The notes: generated by a model from the sequence alone, not told the origin. Positions 24,172 through 37,480 are shown, counted from the whole stretch's first letter. The stretch is 62,526 bases of DNA, filler included, from Pirum gemmata (GCA_002812295.1; 18 parts of 18 records of this genome joined end to end with filler, not necessarily neighbours in it), one strand, 5' to 3'. Numbers and translations are program-made.

Positions 24172-25140
24172 TCGTGAGCCAGCGTGGTCTACTGCCCACT
24201 CCCGAACAAAAAAAAAAAAAGCAAAAAAATATTTCATTTCACCAGTATTTTCAGTTAGTTTTCGAATATAAGTATTATATAGGTTTGAAATTTTTAAACA
24301 TGATAATGAATCTGCCGTATGGATTGGGCTAGAACGTCACGCCAAGGGGTAGGTAAGTAGGTGGTATTTGACCGGAAATTAACGCCGAGGGGTAGGTAGG
24401 TAGGGGTGTTTGAAGCTGTATTTGGCTTTCTTGCTATAGGTCTATATTTTATTACCTTTTTTGGATTTAAAATTTTTTTTAACTAATAAAGACGTAGGGT
24501 TACCCATTTTTCTATATTTAGTTTTTCCTTTTTCCTTTTTTGTTCTTACTTATTTGTTTTTTGTTTTTTTTTCGTCGAGGGGTAGGTAGGTAGGGGTATT
24601 TGAAGCTGTATTTGACCCGAAATTGGCGTTACGGAGGCGACTGGTGAACTGGACTTCACTTCTTCAACTATGGCATTGTGGACCACAAAAAAAATCATCA
24701 AAATACACAAAATTGTAAACCAAAAAATCCCAAAAAATACACAAAATTATCATGAAGTATAAACCACAAAATACACACAAAAACACAAAAAAAAATACAC
24801 AAAGAAATTATTATTATTATTTGATANNNNNNNNNNNNNNNNNNNNNNNNNNNNNNNNNNNNNNNNNNNNTTAATTAATTAANNNNNNNNNNNNNNNNNN
24901 NNNNNNNNNNNNNNNNNNNNNNNNNNAAAAAAAAAAAAAAAAAAACAAAGAAAAAATAATAATATAAAAGAAAAATATATATAATAAAATAAATCAATAA
25001 AATAAATAATAAATGATATAAATCAAAATTAGATAAACAAGTAGTCGAATTGATGGTGAAAAAAATAATTATAATTAATTTAAAACATCGAAATTGACAA
25101 AAATTTAATATTATAAATAATTAATTAATAAATTGGAACA

Positions 25141-26407
25141 ATGAATTATTTATCTACTATTCTATTACTATTGAGTTTATTATTAAGAATTAGTGCAGCC
25201 CCGGCTGTTGGTGAGTATTTGTCAAATATATAATATAATTATATATAATATAAAATTACATTTTTAATTATTATTAATTAATATCCCTATTACCTATTTT
25301 TAATCAATTTCTTTTTGTTTTCATTTCATATATTAATTTATATATATTTATAATATAATATATAATAGACTATTATACACTCCAATTCGAACGTTTCAAT
25401 AATTAATGAATAATAAGTTTTTATTATTAAAATTTAAAACGCCATAAAAAGTTAAAAGCAAAAACTTACATAAATGTTATTTTTAAAAGTTTTATTAATA
25501 ATTGAACACTTCCTCTTCTTCCTTCTCTCTCTTTTTTTTAATAATTTAATAACGTTTAATTGATTAAATAGATGAACTGTCAACGCATTTAGACAATTCT
25601 CTAGCTGAAGCTAACCAAACAATAGCCATTTTGGAAGCAAGACTTCGAATCTCCGAGGATAAATTAAAACTCGCCGAAGACAAATTAAAAATCGCCGTAA
25701 CAAAATTGGAAAAATATGAAAAAGCAACTGGCGTAGGTGTTTCTTCAACTAAAGCAGAGTCTGGTAAGGAAACAATCAGTATTTCGTCAGAAAAGGAAAA
25801 GAACTCAAATAATAACACAACTATCAGTAAACCACATCATAGTATTAGCCCAGAACTTCTAAAGTTTTATAGTGTTGATGGGGAAGCTATTACCAATCAA
25901 AAATATACCAATAGTACCAAAGTTGTATTAACTGCAGATGGTAATCACAAGTACACAACTTCACTTGACCAAACTGATGGAAATACCAAAAAAATTATTG
26001 TAATTAAAACTCCCGAAGGTAAGGTTTTAAGTTCAGAAGTGGTTTATGAAAGAATTGTTATGGATAGAATCATTGAAACTGATGAAAAAAATGAACCTGC
26101 TGTAGGAAATGGTAACGAGTCAAAAGTAAGCGAACCTTCCATTACTGTTGATAGTAATGTTGAAACTAGTACTGATATCAAAAAAGATGAAACTGGTGAA
26201 GAGAAGGTTAATTCCTCGGAAGTTAATAACACAGATTTGAAACCAAAGGAAGAGAAACCTAAAGTTGAAGTTGATCATAACTCAATTGCAAAGGAAGAGG
26301 GGTCCATAATCACAGATTTAGAAAAACCTCCTGCACTACCAGACCACATTGAAAAGGAAAATCATTCTGGCGGAGAGGATCGAGTTGCTATTCAGATTGC
26401 ACACTAA
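25141..26407 (+). CDS. Secreted protein of unknown function (signal peptide, coiled coil, acidic tail), 2 exons (25141-25210, 25572-26407), ~301 aa
   Basis: Exon 1 MNYLSTILLLLSLLLRISAAPAV ends at a GTGAGT donor. The acceptor at 25571 rejoins in frame with ORF 25631-26407. Confidence 0.8.
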
Positions 26408-27623
26408 TAATAATTGATATTATTAACGTTAATTAACAATATTAATTAAAATTTTAATTCTAATTATATATTATTTTAAAAAAATATTAATTTTAAAATA
26501 CTTTAAAGTCAAAATAATTTAATGCTGATAATTACTAGTTGCAAAATTTAATATAAAAAGCAGTTTTTTAATGACTTTTTGTAAAGTGTGATATATTGAT
26601 GAACAAGAACATTTGCTTTGTTTAATATTATATATAATATATATATATTACATTCTTAAATAGTATATACATTTATATATTAATATTGTATTTCTAATTA
26701 ATTATTAATAATTAACAGAAAATTTAGAGTACTATATCATTTGTAATGAATGTGTGTGATAATATAATAATATTAAATATAACAATGAAATTTTAAATAA
26801 ATAAATAAATAATAACTATCAAAAAACTGTTTTATAATATTAATATTGATATGATAGTTTAATAATCAGTATTCTATCAACATTACATATCGACAGTATT
26901 AAAATTTTGTCCATGGTATGAGTATCAACCTGTTGTAGAAATTTTGGAAAAATTATTTTTTTTATAATTATTTTTTATAAAAACAATAATAATAATATCA
27001 TAATAATAATAATAATAAATAATAAGAATAAATAATAATAATAAATAATAATAATAATAAATAAAAAATAAATAATATTAATAAATAATAAATAATAAAT
27101 AATAAATAATAAATAATAAAAAATCAATAATAAAATAATAATAAAAAATCCCACAACTTTCTGGCGCTCTCCAGAAAATTAAATAAAATCCTGTTAAAAT
27201 TAAAATTTATATTTATAATTTATCATAATATTATTAATCATCAACTCTTTACTCGGGCACCCTTTCTACATTTTTTAAAAAGTTATAGCAAACAAACCTA
27301 CAACTGGTGGGGTCAACCAAACCTACAACTGTATGAGCAGACCTCCTTTTTAAAAACGTCATATTATTTGTTAATTAATAATATTATATATTCTCGGATT
27401 ATATATTCTCGGATATTCCTTTTTAATTAATTAAGCGTAAGCAACTGTAGTAAGTGTTAACGTTAAAACGTTACTGCTGCTTGTGACGAGCAGTATACAC
27501 TGAAGTACAATATTATTGAGTACTAATCAGCTGACTCTACTAGTTTATCTACCTTGTTTCTTTTTTTAATTATAAATGAGAGGTTCTAATTAATAGCTAA
27601 CAGTTATTTACAGTTTAATTTTT

Positions 27624-27658
<35 letters not shown>

Positions 27659-28215
27659 GTAAAAAAACAGTTATTTTCGCCATATATACATACATATATA
27701 TCCCTCCTTCTATATAACTTTGTGAAGTATCACAACCATCCATTTGACATAAAGGATAACCACCGTGCTTTATATATAATCTTCCTTTACTGTCTACACA
27801 GAAGAAGTCTAGAGAATATGAGTACATATATAATGGTATAATAACCAGTTTCCATAGGAATGTTAGCCCAGTATCAAAGTTGCAATTGTATTAGAGTAAA
27901 CTAATCAGAACTCATGTTGGCCAATCTAGTAGTATTTTAATTTCGTATACCAAAGAAGTGGAAATAATCGGATCAACATATATAATTATATATTATATAT
28001 ATTATATTATTAATAATAAACGTTTATTAATTAATATNNNNNNNNNNNNNNNNNNNNNNNNNNNNNNNNNNNNNNNNNNNNTTAATTAATTAANNNNNNN
28101 NNNNNNNNNNNNNNNNNNNNNNNNNNNNNNNNNNNNNTACTATATATATATATATATATATATATTTAAGATTTTAACTTATTTTTTAAGTTCATTTTAA
28201 TACAATATAGTAACA

Positions 28216-30003
28216 ATGGCTTATTTCTTTTGTTACCACCCTTACATTAGTTTGTTTATGACTTTGGGTTCCATCTATTTCGCTTATCAATTTTTATTCA
28301 AGAAAGAAGAACCAGTCAAAGCAATCAAAATTGAATTGAAAAAATATGAACAAGATGAAATTATCGATGCTCCAGTTCATGAGGAAATGCTTTTAAATGA
28401 TCCTGAAAAACCAGGAAAATTACAATGTTACGATCCTTGTACTATGCAACATCTTGGTGAAGTTGATGCAATGACAAAAGAACAAGTTGATGATTGTGTT
28501 GCACGTGCTGCTAAAGCTCAAAAAGAATGGGCTAAAACCAGCATGGCAACTAGAATCAAAGTCATGAAAATGATTTTAAAATACTTTGTGGAAAACCAAG
28601 AAGATATTGTTAGAGTTTCTGTTCGTGATTCTGGTAAAACCAAACTAGGTGCTGTGTTAGGGGAAATTACCCCAACTTGTGAGAAATTGAGATGGATTAT
28701 CAAATATGGTGAAGACATCTTAAAACCTGAAACTCGCGGTGGACAAGGTCTTTTAACTTTACATAAACACGCACGTGTTGAATATGTACCAGTTGGAGTT
28801 TTAGGAGTTTTGGCACCTTTTAATTATCCTTGTCATAATTTATTAAATCACATTATTTCTGGTTTGTTTTCTGGTAATGCTTCGGTTACCAAAGTAAGTG
28901 AATATACTTCATGGAGTGCTGATTTTTATCTTCGTTCTGTTCACGCGGCTTTAAGGGAAGTTGGTCATTCTCCTGATCTTGCACAAGTAGTTACTGGTTT
29001 TGGTCCAACTGGAGCAGCTTTGGTAGCTTCTGACGTCAACAAAATCATTTTTACTGGTTCAGATAAAGTTGGTAAACTAGTTATGAAAGGGGCTGCCGAT
29101 AAACTTACGCCTGTTGTTTTAGAATTAGGTGGCAAAGATCCTTTTATTATTTGCAAAGATGTTGATTTAGATTGGATTAAACAAATTGCTCTTCGTGGTG
29201 TTTTTCAAAACAATGGTCAAAATTGTATTGGTATTGAACGTATTTACGTTGAAGAGGCAGTTTATGAAGAGTTCGTTAAAAAAGTATTACCTATTATTAA
29301 AGAAATGCGCCAAGGACAACCTTTAACTGGTGAAAAAGATAACAAAATCGATACTGCAGCCATGTGTATGCCAGCCCAGATCACTCACATCGAAGCTTTA
29401 GTTGCCGATGCGAAGGAAAAAGGTGCCAATGTATTAATTGGAGGAGAAAGAAACACGGAATTAGGTAATGGATTATTTTACAAACCAACCTTAATCACAG
29501 GTATTACCCCAGACATGAGAATTGCCAAAGAGGAAGTATTTGGTCCTGTAATGGCTATTGTACCTTGGAAAACTGAAGATGAACTTTTAAACATTGTTAA
29601 CACTGGTTGTCCTTATGGTCTTGGGTCTAGTGTGTTCACTAATGATAGAACCAGAGCCTTACGCATTGCTAATCAAATTGAATCTGGTATGACTAATATT
29701 AATGATTTTGGTATTAATTATTTGTGTCAATCTTTACCTTTTGGTGGAGTTAAAAGCTCGGGTTTTGGAAGATTTGCTGGGCCAGAGGGCTTAAGAGCTT
29801 GTTGTCACGTCAAATCCATCACTGAAGATAGGTTTCCAGGTGTAAAAACTAGTTTGCCGCCAGCCTTTTGTTACCCAGTTAGTTGTAATTCTCCTGCTGT
29901 TGCTTCTAGTCTTATTGAGGTTGCTTTTGAGAGTTCGTGGGGAAAATGGGCAATGTCTGTTGTTGAACTTTTAAAAGGTTTAGCTGGAGCCAAAAGAGTT
30001 TAA
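28216..30003 (+). CDS. Aldehyde dehydrogenase, ALDH22/Msc7-like with N-terminal membrane anchor
   Basis: PFNYP, FTGS, catalytic LELGGKDP and GQNCIG, EEVFGP and LPFGGVKSSGFG motifs; hydrophobic N-terminus. Additional upstream exons are possible. Confidence 0.93.
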   Translation: MAYFFCYHPYISLFMTLGSIYFAYQFLFKKEEPVKAIKIELKKYEQDEIIDAPVHEEMLLNDPEKPGKLQCYDPCTMQHLGEVDAMTKEQVDDCVARAAKAQKEWAKTSMATRIKVMKMILKYFVENQEDIVRVSVRDSGKTKLGAVLGEITPTCEKLRWIIKYGEDILKPETRGGQGLLTLHKHARVEYVPVGVLGVLAPFNYPCHNLLNHIISGLFSGNASVTKVSEYTSWSADFYLRSVHAALREVGHSPDLAQVVTGFGPTGAALVASDVNKIIFTGSDKVGKLVMKGAADKLTPVVLELGGKDPFIICKDVDLDWIKQIALRGVFQNNGQNCIGIERIYVEEAVYEEFVKKVLPIIKEMRQGQPLTGEKDNKIDTAAMCMPAQITHIEALVADAKEKGANVLIGGERNTELGNGLFYKPTLITGITPDMRIAKEEVFGPVMAIVPWKTEDELLNIVNTGCPYGLGSSVFTNDRTRALRIANQIESGMTNINDFGINYLCQSLPFGGVKSSGFGRFAGPEGLRACCHVKSITEDRFPGVKTSLPPAFCYPVSCNSPAVASSLIEVAFESSWGKWAMSVVELLKGLAGAKRV

Positions 30004-30029
30004 TTTAATTTAATTAATTTAATTAATTA

Positions 30030-30072
<43 letters not shown>

Positions 30073-30329
30073 GGATTATTATTGCTTATATTATTATTAT
30101 TTATTATTTTAGTTTTTGTTGTTTTATTATTTTTAATTATTAAAAACTATTTTCTTTCTTTTTTCTTTTCTACGGCCAGTTGTATGATGAGACGTATTGC
30201 CTTTTTTTTAATTAAAAAATACTATTTTTTAGTTTTATTTAATTAATAAATCAATTGTACGCAAGTATTTTGTTTTTTTTTAAATTATTACTATTATTAT
30301 TATTACTTACGAAATAAAACCATCCACCA

Positions 30330-30371
30330 CATACCATTACTACCACTACCACTATTACCACCACCACCACT

Positions 30372-30411
<40 letters not shown>

Positions 30412-31237
30412 CGCCACCACCACCACCACCACCCACTACTACTACTGCCACCGTATGCTAATACTAATACAACCACTGCTACCATTGCCACTACCACTAA
30501 TACTACTGCTACCTCTACTTTTATAGCTACCACTTCCACTCCTACCACTGCCACTGCCACTACTATTACTACTACTACTACCACTACCACTACTACTACC
30601 ACTATTACCACTACTGCCACTACTACCACTACCACTACTGCCACTACCACTACCACTACTAAAACTACCACTACTAAAACTACCACTACCACTACTACCA
30701 CTACCACTACCACTACCACTACCACTACCACTACTACTACCACTACTACTGCTATTACTACTACCACGACCACAACTGCTACTACCATCACTGCCACTAC
30801 TACTTCCCACCACCACCACCACCACGTGCACCACCACCACCACCACCCCTACTAATATTACTAATAATACTACTAATACTACTAACACTACCACTACTTA
30901 CTATTATGACCATGGGTCACCATCACCACCACTGCTACTACCATGGCGCCACTACTACACTATAACCAATACTACTACCACTACTACTACACTACTACCA
31001 CCACTACACCTACCACTACCCCTATAGGCCTACTACTGCTACTACTATTACTACTATCATTAAATTTACTGACCACCACCACTACCTGGACCACTACTAC
31101 ACTTTAGAATACCACTACAACTACCTACTACCACTACCACTACCACTACCACGGCTACCACCACCACCACCACCACCACCACCACCGCCTACTAATACTA
31201 CTCAACATTACTACTACTACTACTACTACTACTACTA
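30330..31237. repeat. (ACT/ACC)n low-complexity microsatellite field
   Basis: Directly visible. Confidence 0.9.
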
Positions 31238-31396
31238 NNNNNNNNNNNNNNNNNNNNNNNNNNNNNNNNNNNNNNNNNNNNTTAATTAATTAANNNNNNN
31301 NNNNNNNNNNNNNNNNNNNNNNNNNNNNNNNNNNNNNTTATTATTATTATTATTATTTAATATTAATAATAATGTTTATAACAATACTCGGAATAG

Positions 31397-32746
31397 ATAA
31401 AGGAAAGTGGACGGGAAAGTTTAGTGAAATACTTAGAAAACTACCCTTTAATTTTGTGCATGGTAGACAAGTTTATTGAAGAGGGAAGTAATTTGCAAAT
31501 AAACGTAGAAGGAGAAAATAGAGATATTATTATGGAAAAATTTGCTAATATACGGGATATACATAATGAAATTACTGATATTCAAGCATGTATGAACCGA
31601 GAAATCTCAACAATAGTTGAAGTTTTTAAAAATATGGAAGAAATAAGTTGTGAAGACCACCAGTTTAACAACAGCAATGGCGATGATAGTGGCAATGGTA
31701 ATGGTAATGGTAATGGTAATGATAATGATAATGATAATGATAATGATAATGGTAATGATAATGGTAATGGTAATGGTAATGGTAATGGTAATGGTAATGT
31801 TAATGTTAATGGTAATGGTAATGATAATGTTGATAGTGGTAGTAACAGCAATACTAGTACTAATAATAATAATAATGATGATGATAATGATAATGATAAT
31901 GGTAATTGTAATTGTAATGGTAATGATAATGGTAATGGTAATAATGATGATGGCAATGCTAATGTTTGTGATAAAACTAGTGTTAATGACAATGATAATT
32001 TTAATGATAATGACAATAGTAAAGATAATGATAATGATAATGGTAACGGTAATAGCGACCAAAAAAGTAACAACGAAATGGATATTAGTTGTTGTAGTAA
32101 TGCTTGTGGTCCCCTTACTAATAATTCGGAAACCCCATTGCTGACCCCCCAATTCCGTAACCATATCAAAGGAATCATTAATCAGCACTCCAATGCAGGC
32201 TCACTTAGCTCTGGAAGCAGCGAAGTTTTGGCCATTTTTGCGTTAAAATCCAAGTATGAAGCTTTGCGGTGTAAAGTACATGATTTTTCGGACAATCTTA
32301 TTGTACTGACGAACGAGGTAGAAGCATTGATGAGGGATGATTCCTTTCCACGTTTTCTTGAACAATTGAATGATGCTCACATAAAAGGGTTAGAACAAGC
32401 TAACCATAACCACCATAGCGGTAAAGGGTTGCGTGCTAAGTTTTTTAGATCCAACTCTAACGCTGGCTTTGACCGTGATGCTTTCGAAGAACAGCAAAAG
32501 GCTCGCGTTTCTATAGCGGCCGTTTTTATGGGTACGGGGGGGGGTGCGGAGGATAGTAGTGAGGATGGTGAAGATGACTTGGGACACAAGCATTTAATTG
32601 ATGAAATTGATAATCTGAGTAATAATGCGAATACTACTGCTACTTATGAAGGGTTTGAACACGAGGAAATTGATGAGAAGAGACCGTTTTACAGAAATCT
32701 TCAAGATAGGTTATTCAATAAGACTAAATCCGCTTCACCGGTTTAA
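31397..32746 (+). CDS. Terminal exon of an RGS-domain protein; domain split by a long N/D/G-rich insert
   Basis: DKFIEEGSNLQINVEGENR and EVEALMRDDSFPRFL are RGS signatures; an AG acceptor at 31395-31396 is in frame. Confidence 0.8.
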   Translation: MKESGRESLVKYLENYPLILCMVDKFIEEGSNLQINVEGENRDIIMEKFANIRDIHNEITDIQACMNREISTIVEVFKNMEEISCEDHQFNNSNGDDSGNGNGNGNGNDNDNDNDNDNGNDNGNGNGNGNGNGNVNVNGNGNDNVDSGSNSNTSTNNNNNDDDNDNDNGNCNCNGNDNGNGNNDDGNANVCDKTSVNDNDNFNDNDNSKDNDNDNGNGNSDQKSNNEMDISCCSNACGPLTNNSETPLLTPQFRNHIKGIINQHSNAGSLSSGSSEVLAIFALKSKYEALRCKVHDFSDNLIVLTNEVEALMRDDSFPRFLEQLNDAHIKGLEQANHNHHSGKGLRAKFFRSNSNAGFDRDAFEEQQKARVSIAAVFMGTGGGAEDSSEDGEDDLGHKHLIDEIDNLSNNANTTATYEGFEHEEIDEKRPFYRNLQDRLFNKTKSASPV

Positions 32747-32816
32747 AATTTTAAAGAATGATATAATTTCAATTAAAAAATATTAATTGGTAATAAATAA
32801 TAATCAAATTTTATTA

Positions 32817-33180
32817 CTAACCCTAACCCTAATACAATATAAAGTATCCCAATTAAAAAGTAAAGAATCGTATTTCATATATACTAACCCTAATGCAATT
32901 TAAAGTATCCCAATTAAAAAGTAAAGAATTTAAATTATCGTATTTCATGGATATGATACACTAACCTAACCCTGATGCAATTTAAAGTATCCCAATTAAA
33001 AAGAATCATATTTCATACATATGTTACACTAACCCTAACCCTGATGCAATTTAAAGTATCCCAATTAAAAGTAAAGAATCATATAATATTCATGCATATA
33101 ATACACCAACCCAATTTAAAGTATCCCAATTATAAGTAAAGAATCATATTTCATGCATATGATACACCAACCCTAAAATT
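32817..33180. repeat. ~55-70-bp degenerate satellite containing CCCTAA seeds
   Basis: About 5-6 copies of CTAACCCTAATGCAATTTAAAGTATCCCAATTAAAAAGTAAAGAATC between two convergent genes. Confidence 0.85.
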
Positions 33181-33440
33181 AAAGAATATGATACACTAAA
33201 CCTCATTATTACCCTGACCCTGACCCTAACCCTAGCTCTAACGTTTTAATACTATTCTTAGCACCAAGATCAAAATAATAATTAGCAAAACAAACGTTTT
33301 AATACTATTCTTAGCACCAATATTAAAATAATTAGCAAAAATAATTAGCACAAGTATTCCAATTAAAAAATTTAAAGGAAAGAATCGTATTTCTTTATTT
33401 TATTATATTAATTACTTTAATAGCAAATTATACATGTAAT

Positions 33441-34256
33441 TTAAACTTTTATGTCACTAGAACTGTGTTCAAAGTTTGATACATCCTCAGAGCCTTTGGT
33501 ATTTGCCTCCTCGGATCCATTCTTAAATTGGTAACCAAAATGATGAACACCAAAACCAAACACACCACCCACTAATGGGGCTAAAATGTAAACCCAAAGA
33601 TCTTTACCCACTCCTGCAATAGCAGCACTACCAATTGTTCTAGCTGGATTAATACCACAACCGGTTATAGGAATCAACAATAAGTGAGCCAAGAAAACAG
33701 CGAAACCAATAGCTATTGCAGCGTTGATGGGCGAGTGTTGACTGTTTCGTTTATCCACAGCAACCCCAGCTACAACGTAACATAATATAGCTGTTCCAAA
33801 AAACTCTGCAAAAAAGGCACCTGCTAAGGTCATGTCTCCGCTAATAGCGTTTAAACCATAAAAATTATGGGTAGTATTCGGCCAGATCGCTTTAACCATT
33901 GCTACACCCACTATGGAACCAATTACTTGCATGACAATATTAATCAAGCCGCAAAAAACGTTCAGTTTACCAAAAACCATAAGCGCAACCGTAACCGCTG
34001 GATTGAACTGATTGGAATCAAAAGCGGTAGTATAAGCTAAAACCATGATAGAAATACCAAAAGCCAAGGCTATGGTTAATGTATTAGCAGCTTCATCAGC
34101 AGCGGCACCCCCTGCCGCACTTGGTGTAATATTAACTCTAGTGGAACAAACTACACCAATGGTAATGAACAAAAACAAAAACATACCACAAAATTCAGCA
34201 ATACCAGCTCTAAGAGCTTTTAAGGTAAGGGCTTCTTTAATATCTACAACTCCCAT
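33441..34256 (-). CDS. Aquaporin (MIP family)
   Basis: Two NPA motifs (QFNPAVT, GINPART), AEF motifs and six TM helices. Confidence 0.95.
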   Translation of the reverse strand: MGVVDIKEALTLKALRAGIAEFCGMFLFLFITIGVVCSTRVNITPSAAGGAAADEAANTLTIALAFGISIMVLAYTTAFDSNQFNPAVTVALMVFGKLNVFCGLINIVMQVIGSIVGVAMVKAIWPNTTHNFYGLNAISGDMTLAGAFFAEFFGTAILCYVVAGVAVDKRNSQHSPINAAIAIGFAVFLAHLLLIPITGCGINPARTIGSAAIAGVGKDLWVYILAPLVGGVFGFGVHHFGYQFKNGSEEANTKGSEDVSNFEHSSSDIKV

Positions 34257-34656
34257 CTTTTAACTTATTTATAATTAAATAACTCGATTCTAATATTATA
34301 TTTATAAACTTATAAAAAAAAAAAGAGAGAGAACTTGTTTTTTACTGTTATTATTATTATTTTACTTCTTTTTCTTTATTATAATATTTTAATTTTAATA
34401 ATTTATTGTTTTTTTTTTTTTTTTAAAAATAAAATTCCTTCCAAGTCGGTGCTGTTTATATACTTTNNNNNNNNNNNNNNNNNNNNNNNNNNNNNNNNNN
34501 NNNNNNNNNNTTAATTAATTAANNNNNNNNNNNNNNNNNNNNNNNNNNNNNNNNNNNNNNNNNNNNACCCTAACCCTAACCCTAACCCTAACCTTAACCC
34601 TTTCCTCTAATAGTTATCTTGTTTTCATATTCAATTTATTACTTCTTCTAACGACT

Positions 34657-35071
34657 GAACCCATGGGATGTGAATCGGGTCCCTAGCTAGGCTTTCTTGG
34701 AAAACGCTCATTTCCCCATTTCTGTTGCTGCTATGAAGATGTTATAAATAATATGGTGCTTTTCGTTTATTTTGTCACTCTAAATATTTATTTGGAGGGC
34801 TATAATCTTTAAATTGACATTTTTAAATCAATACATAAATAATAAAATATACCAAAATATATCAAATGGATTTATATTGTATTTATTTGGTACTATTTAT
34901 TGTATATTTCATGATGACAAAGCAACTGAAAAGCACTACCGGTATATAAAGATTAAGTCATGTACTGTATAGTTGTGTCGATGATCATGTTCATAGTAAC
35001 AATAGCAATGGAGATAATATGAGCGTTTAATTAAAGAAAGTCTAGGTACCTGCGTCATCGCCCATGGGTTC
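34657..35071. mobile_element. Foldback/long-TIR non-autonomous element
   Basis: GAACCCATGGG...CCCATGGGTTC ends with degenerate inverted similarity extending >100 bp. Its internal part recurs at ~10910-11028 and, inverted, at ~50516-50640. Confidence 0.7.
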
Positions 35072-35289
35072 GTATAACAATACTAACTACCATTTTAATT
35101 GTAATTATTATTAGCAATAATATATTATTGATATTTTATTAATATATTTTATTTTATTTTATTTTATTTTATTTTATTGTATTTTATTGTATTTTATTAT
35201 TATTATTATTTTTATTATTATTATTTTTGTTTTATTTTATTTATTTTTATTTAAATTATTTTTATTTAATTATATTTATTTTTTTATTT

Positions 35290-36175
35290 TCTGCGTATTT
35301 CCAAATTCCCAACAGTGACTAGTTAGATGATTAAGCTAAGTTGGCTTCAGAACCAGTACAATCTCCGTCCTAATTTTTTTTTTTTGATTAATTATGATAA
35401 AATAAAATTTTGTATTTACATCGATATAATCATGTTTTCAACCTTATCCCTAATTCTTTATTCCATTTTTTATTCTGCGTAATCCCAAATTCCAAACAGT
35501 GACTAACCCTATTAGCTACTAGTTATCATAGATGGTAGCTAGTTGAGAGGGCTGGGCTCTTCTCTCCGAAACACTTCTGATTCCACATGAAATAACTATT
35601 TATGTGAACAGTAAGGTAAAGCCTAAACGGAGCTATTGTTTATAAAGGTATGATAGTTGAAAATCCTGCTCCTTCCAGAGCCAGTACAGTCTCCGTCCTC
35701 ATTCTTTTTATAAAAGTTTGTATTGTTTTTAACGTTACCCCTAATTCCTTATTCCAATTTTTATTTTTATTATATTCTGCGTAATCCCTAATTCTCAACG
35801 GTAGTTAACCCTATTAGTTACTGTAGTTAAATGGTTGTCGTGAGCAAGCTCTTCTCTACAGAACCAGTACTAGTACAGACTCTTTCCTCATTTCCTTTTT
35901 CATTAAAAATTTGTATTTACATCGATATAATAATTATGTCTTTAGCCTTACCCCTACTTCTCATTCTTTTTATAAATATTTGTATTGTTTTTAACCTTAC
36001 CCCTAATTCTTTATTCCATTTTATTATTATTATTATATTCTGCGAATTGGCTACTGTAGTTACATGTTTGACGTGGGCGGGCTCTTCTCTCCAGAACCAG
36101 TACAGTCTTTTTCCTCATTTTTTCATAAAAATTTGTATTTACGTCAATATAATGTCTTTAGTCTTACCCCTAATT
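35290..36175. repeat. Degenerate tandem repeat array
   Basis: Recurrent CTGCGTAATCCC..., CCAGAACCAGTACAGTCT and TTGTATTTACATCGATATAA blocks. Confidence 0.75.
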
Positions 36176-36339
36176 GTTTAATTATAAATTTATTCCACTT
36201 AGTGCATGTTTTTACGAGGAAAAGATGACTCGGCTTAGCATACCACGTGTTTTTGTTATAATTTACAATTTCCCAACAGCAGTTTTCGTTTTCTCTATTT
36301 TTAGTTGACTTTAGCAAAAGGTACAACTTAAGATCAGCC

Positions 36340-37480
36340 GTAGATGGCATTTTCAATGCGCGTTCTTACCATCTTGATCTCTTTCCACATCCAAAAAAGC
36401 GCCCTTGGAAATCAACAACTTCACTACTTCAAACTTTACATGCGATATGTAGAGCAGTCTCGCCTTTGCCATTTTTTTTATCTGTAATATCGTCCTCAAG
36501 CGATACAAATAACCTTATTAATTAACCTATTTAGAAATGAAAATGGAAATGACGATTCCAAGAGAAAAAGATACCTATTAAATACTTTCTCTGAATTCGG
36601 GACTTTTCCTACATTATTAACTTTAGTCGCCAGACTAGAGAAAGGTAGAAAAAGTTATCTCTGGAGTAAATGCTATATCCAAAGCGGTTTGACCAGCATT
36701 ATTTTGTATATTATCAACCTTTACCTGGTTACTAATCAATCACTTAACTATTTCGAAATGACCTGATTTAATTACCACATACTACCCGACATACATTTTC
36801 TCCAATGCCATCAAGCGAGTATTCCAATACTGATCTTCTCCCATTACAAATTACATTAATATTTGCTTTGTGATTTAGAAAAACATTTACCATGATCTAA
36901 ATTTTCTGATATAACAGCATACATTAAATCTTTCTCTCGAATTCCATTGTGCATTTGATCAACAGTCACTCTTCTATCCAATAAAGCCCCTACTACTTTT
37001 GTTTTGTTATGAAGGGTTATGAAGAAGAAGGGCAATTTCCAAATTTCCAATGCTAATTTTCCTTCATTGCAAACTGGGTTAACATCCTCTTTGTGATTTA
37101 GAAAAACATTTACCATGATCTAAATTTTCTAACATAACAGCGCGCGCATTAAACCATAAACCAGTATATCCATATTCCATCGTTTGATCAACAGTTACTC
37201 CTCCTCTTACCAATAAAGCCTCCACTAATTCTGCTTTGTTATGAAAAACAGTGGTAAATTGCAATGCTGATCTTCCATAATTACAAACTACATTGACATT
37301 CCCATTGAGATTTAGAAAAACATTTTAACAATAATAGCTCCATAATATTATCTAAATTTCCTGACAAAATAGCAAACATTAAACTGGTCTTTCTACCTAC
37401 TACCGTTTGATTAATATCCGCTCCTCTTTTTAATAAAAAGTTCATTGTATCTGTCCTGCATATTTCTTTCAACAAATGTA
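36340..37480 (-). pseudogene. Ankyrin-repeat pseudogene
   Basis: Ankyrin motifs LLKRGADINQT, GRKTSLMFAILSGNLD, NNAGQTALDIA and GKGETALHIAC scattered over different frames with stops. Confidence 0.8.

Noticed and set aside
27615..27980. Possible coding exon (FFCVDSKGRLYIKHGGYPLC...)
   Set aside because: The upstream frames I tried contain stops and no family is recognised; at most a decayed fragment.
30251..30894. Poly-V/S/G ORFs, and similar ORFs at 6694-7108, 22344-23239, 53271-53609, 55096-56000 (other frames), 56600-57181, 57711-57977 and 59381-59967
   Set aside because: Translations of microsatellites or shadow frames of real genes.
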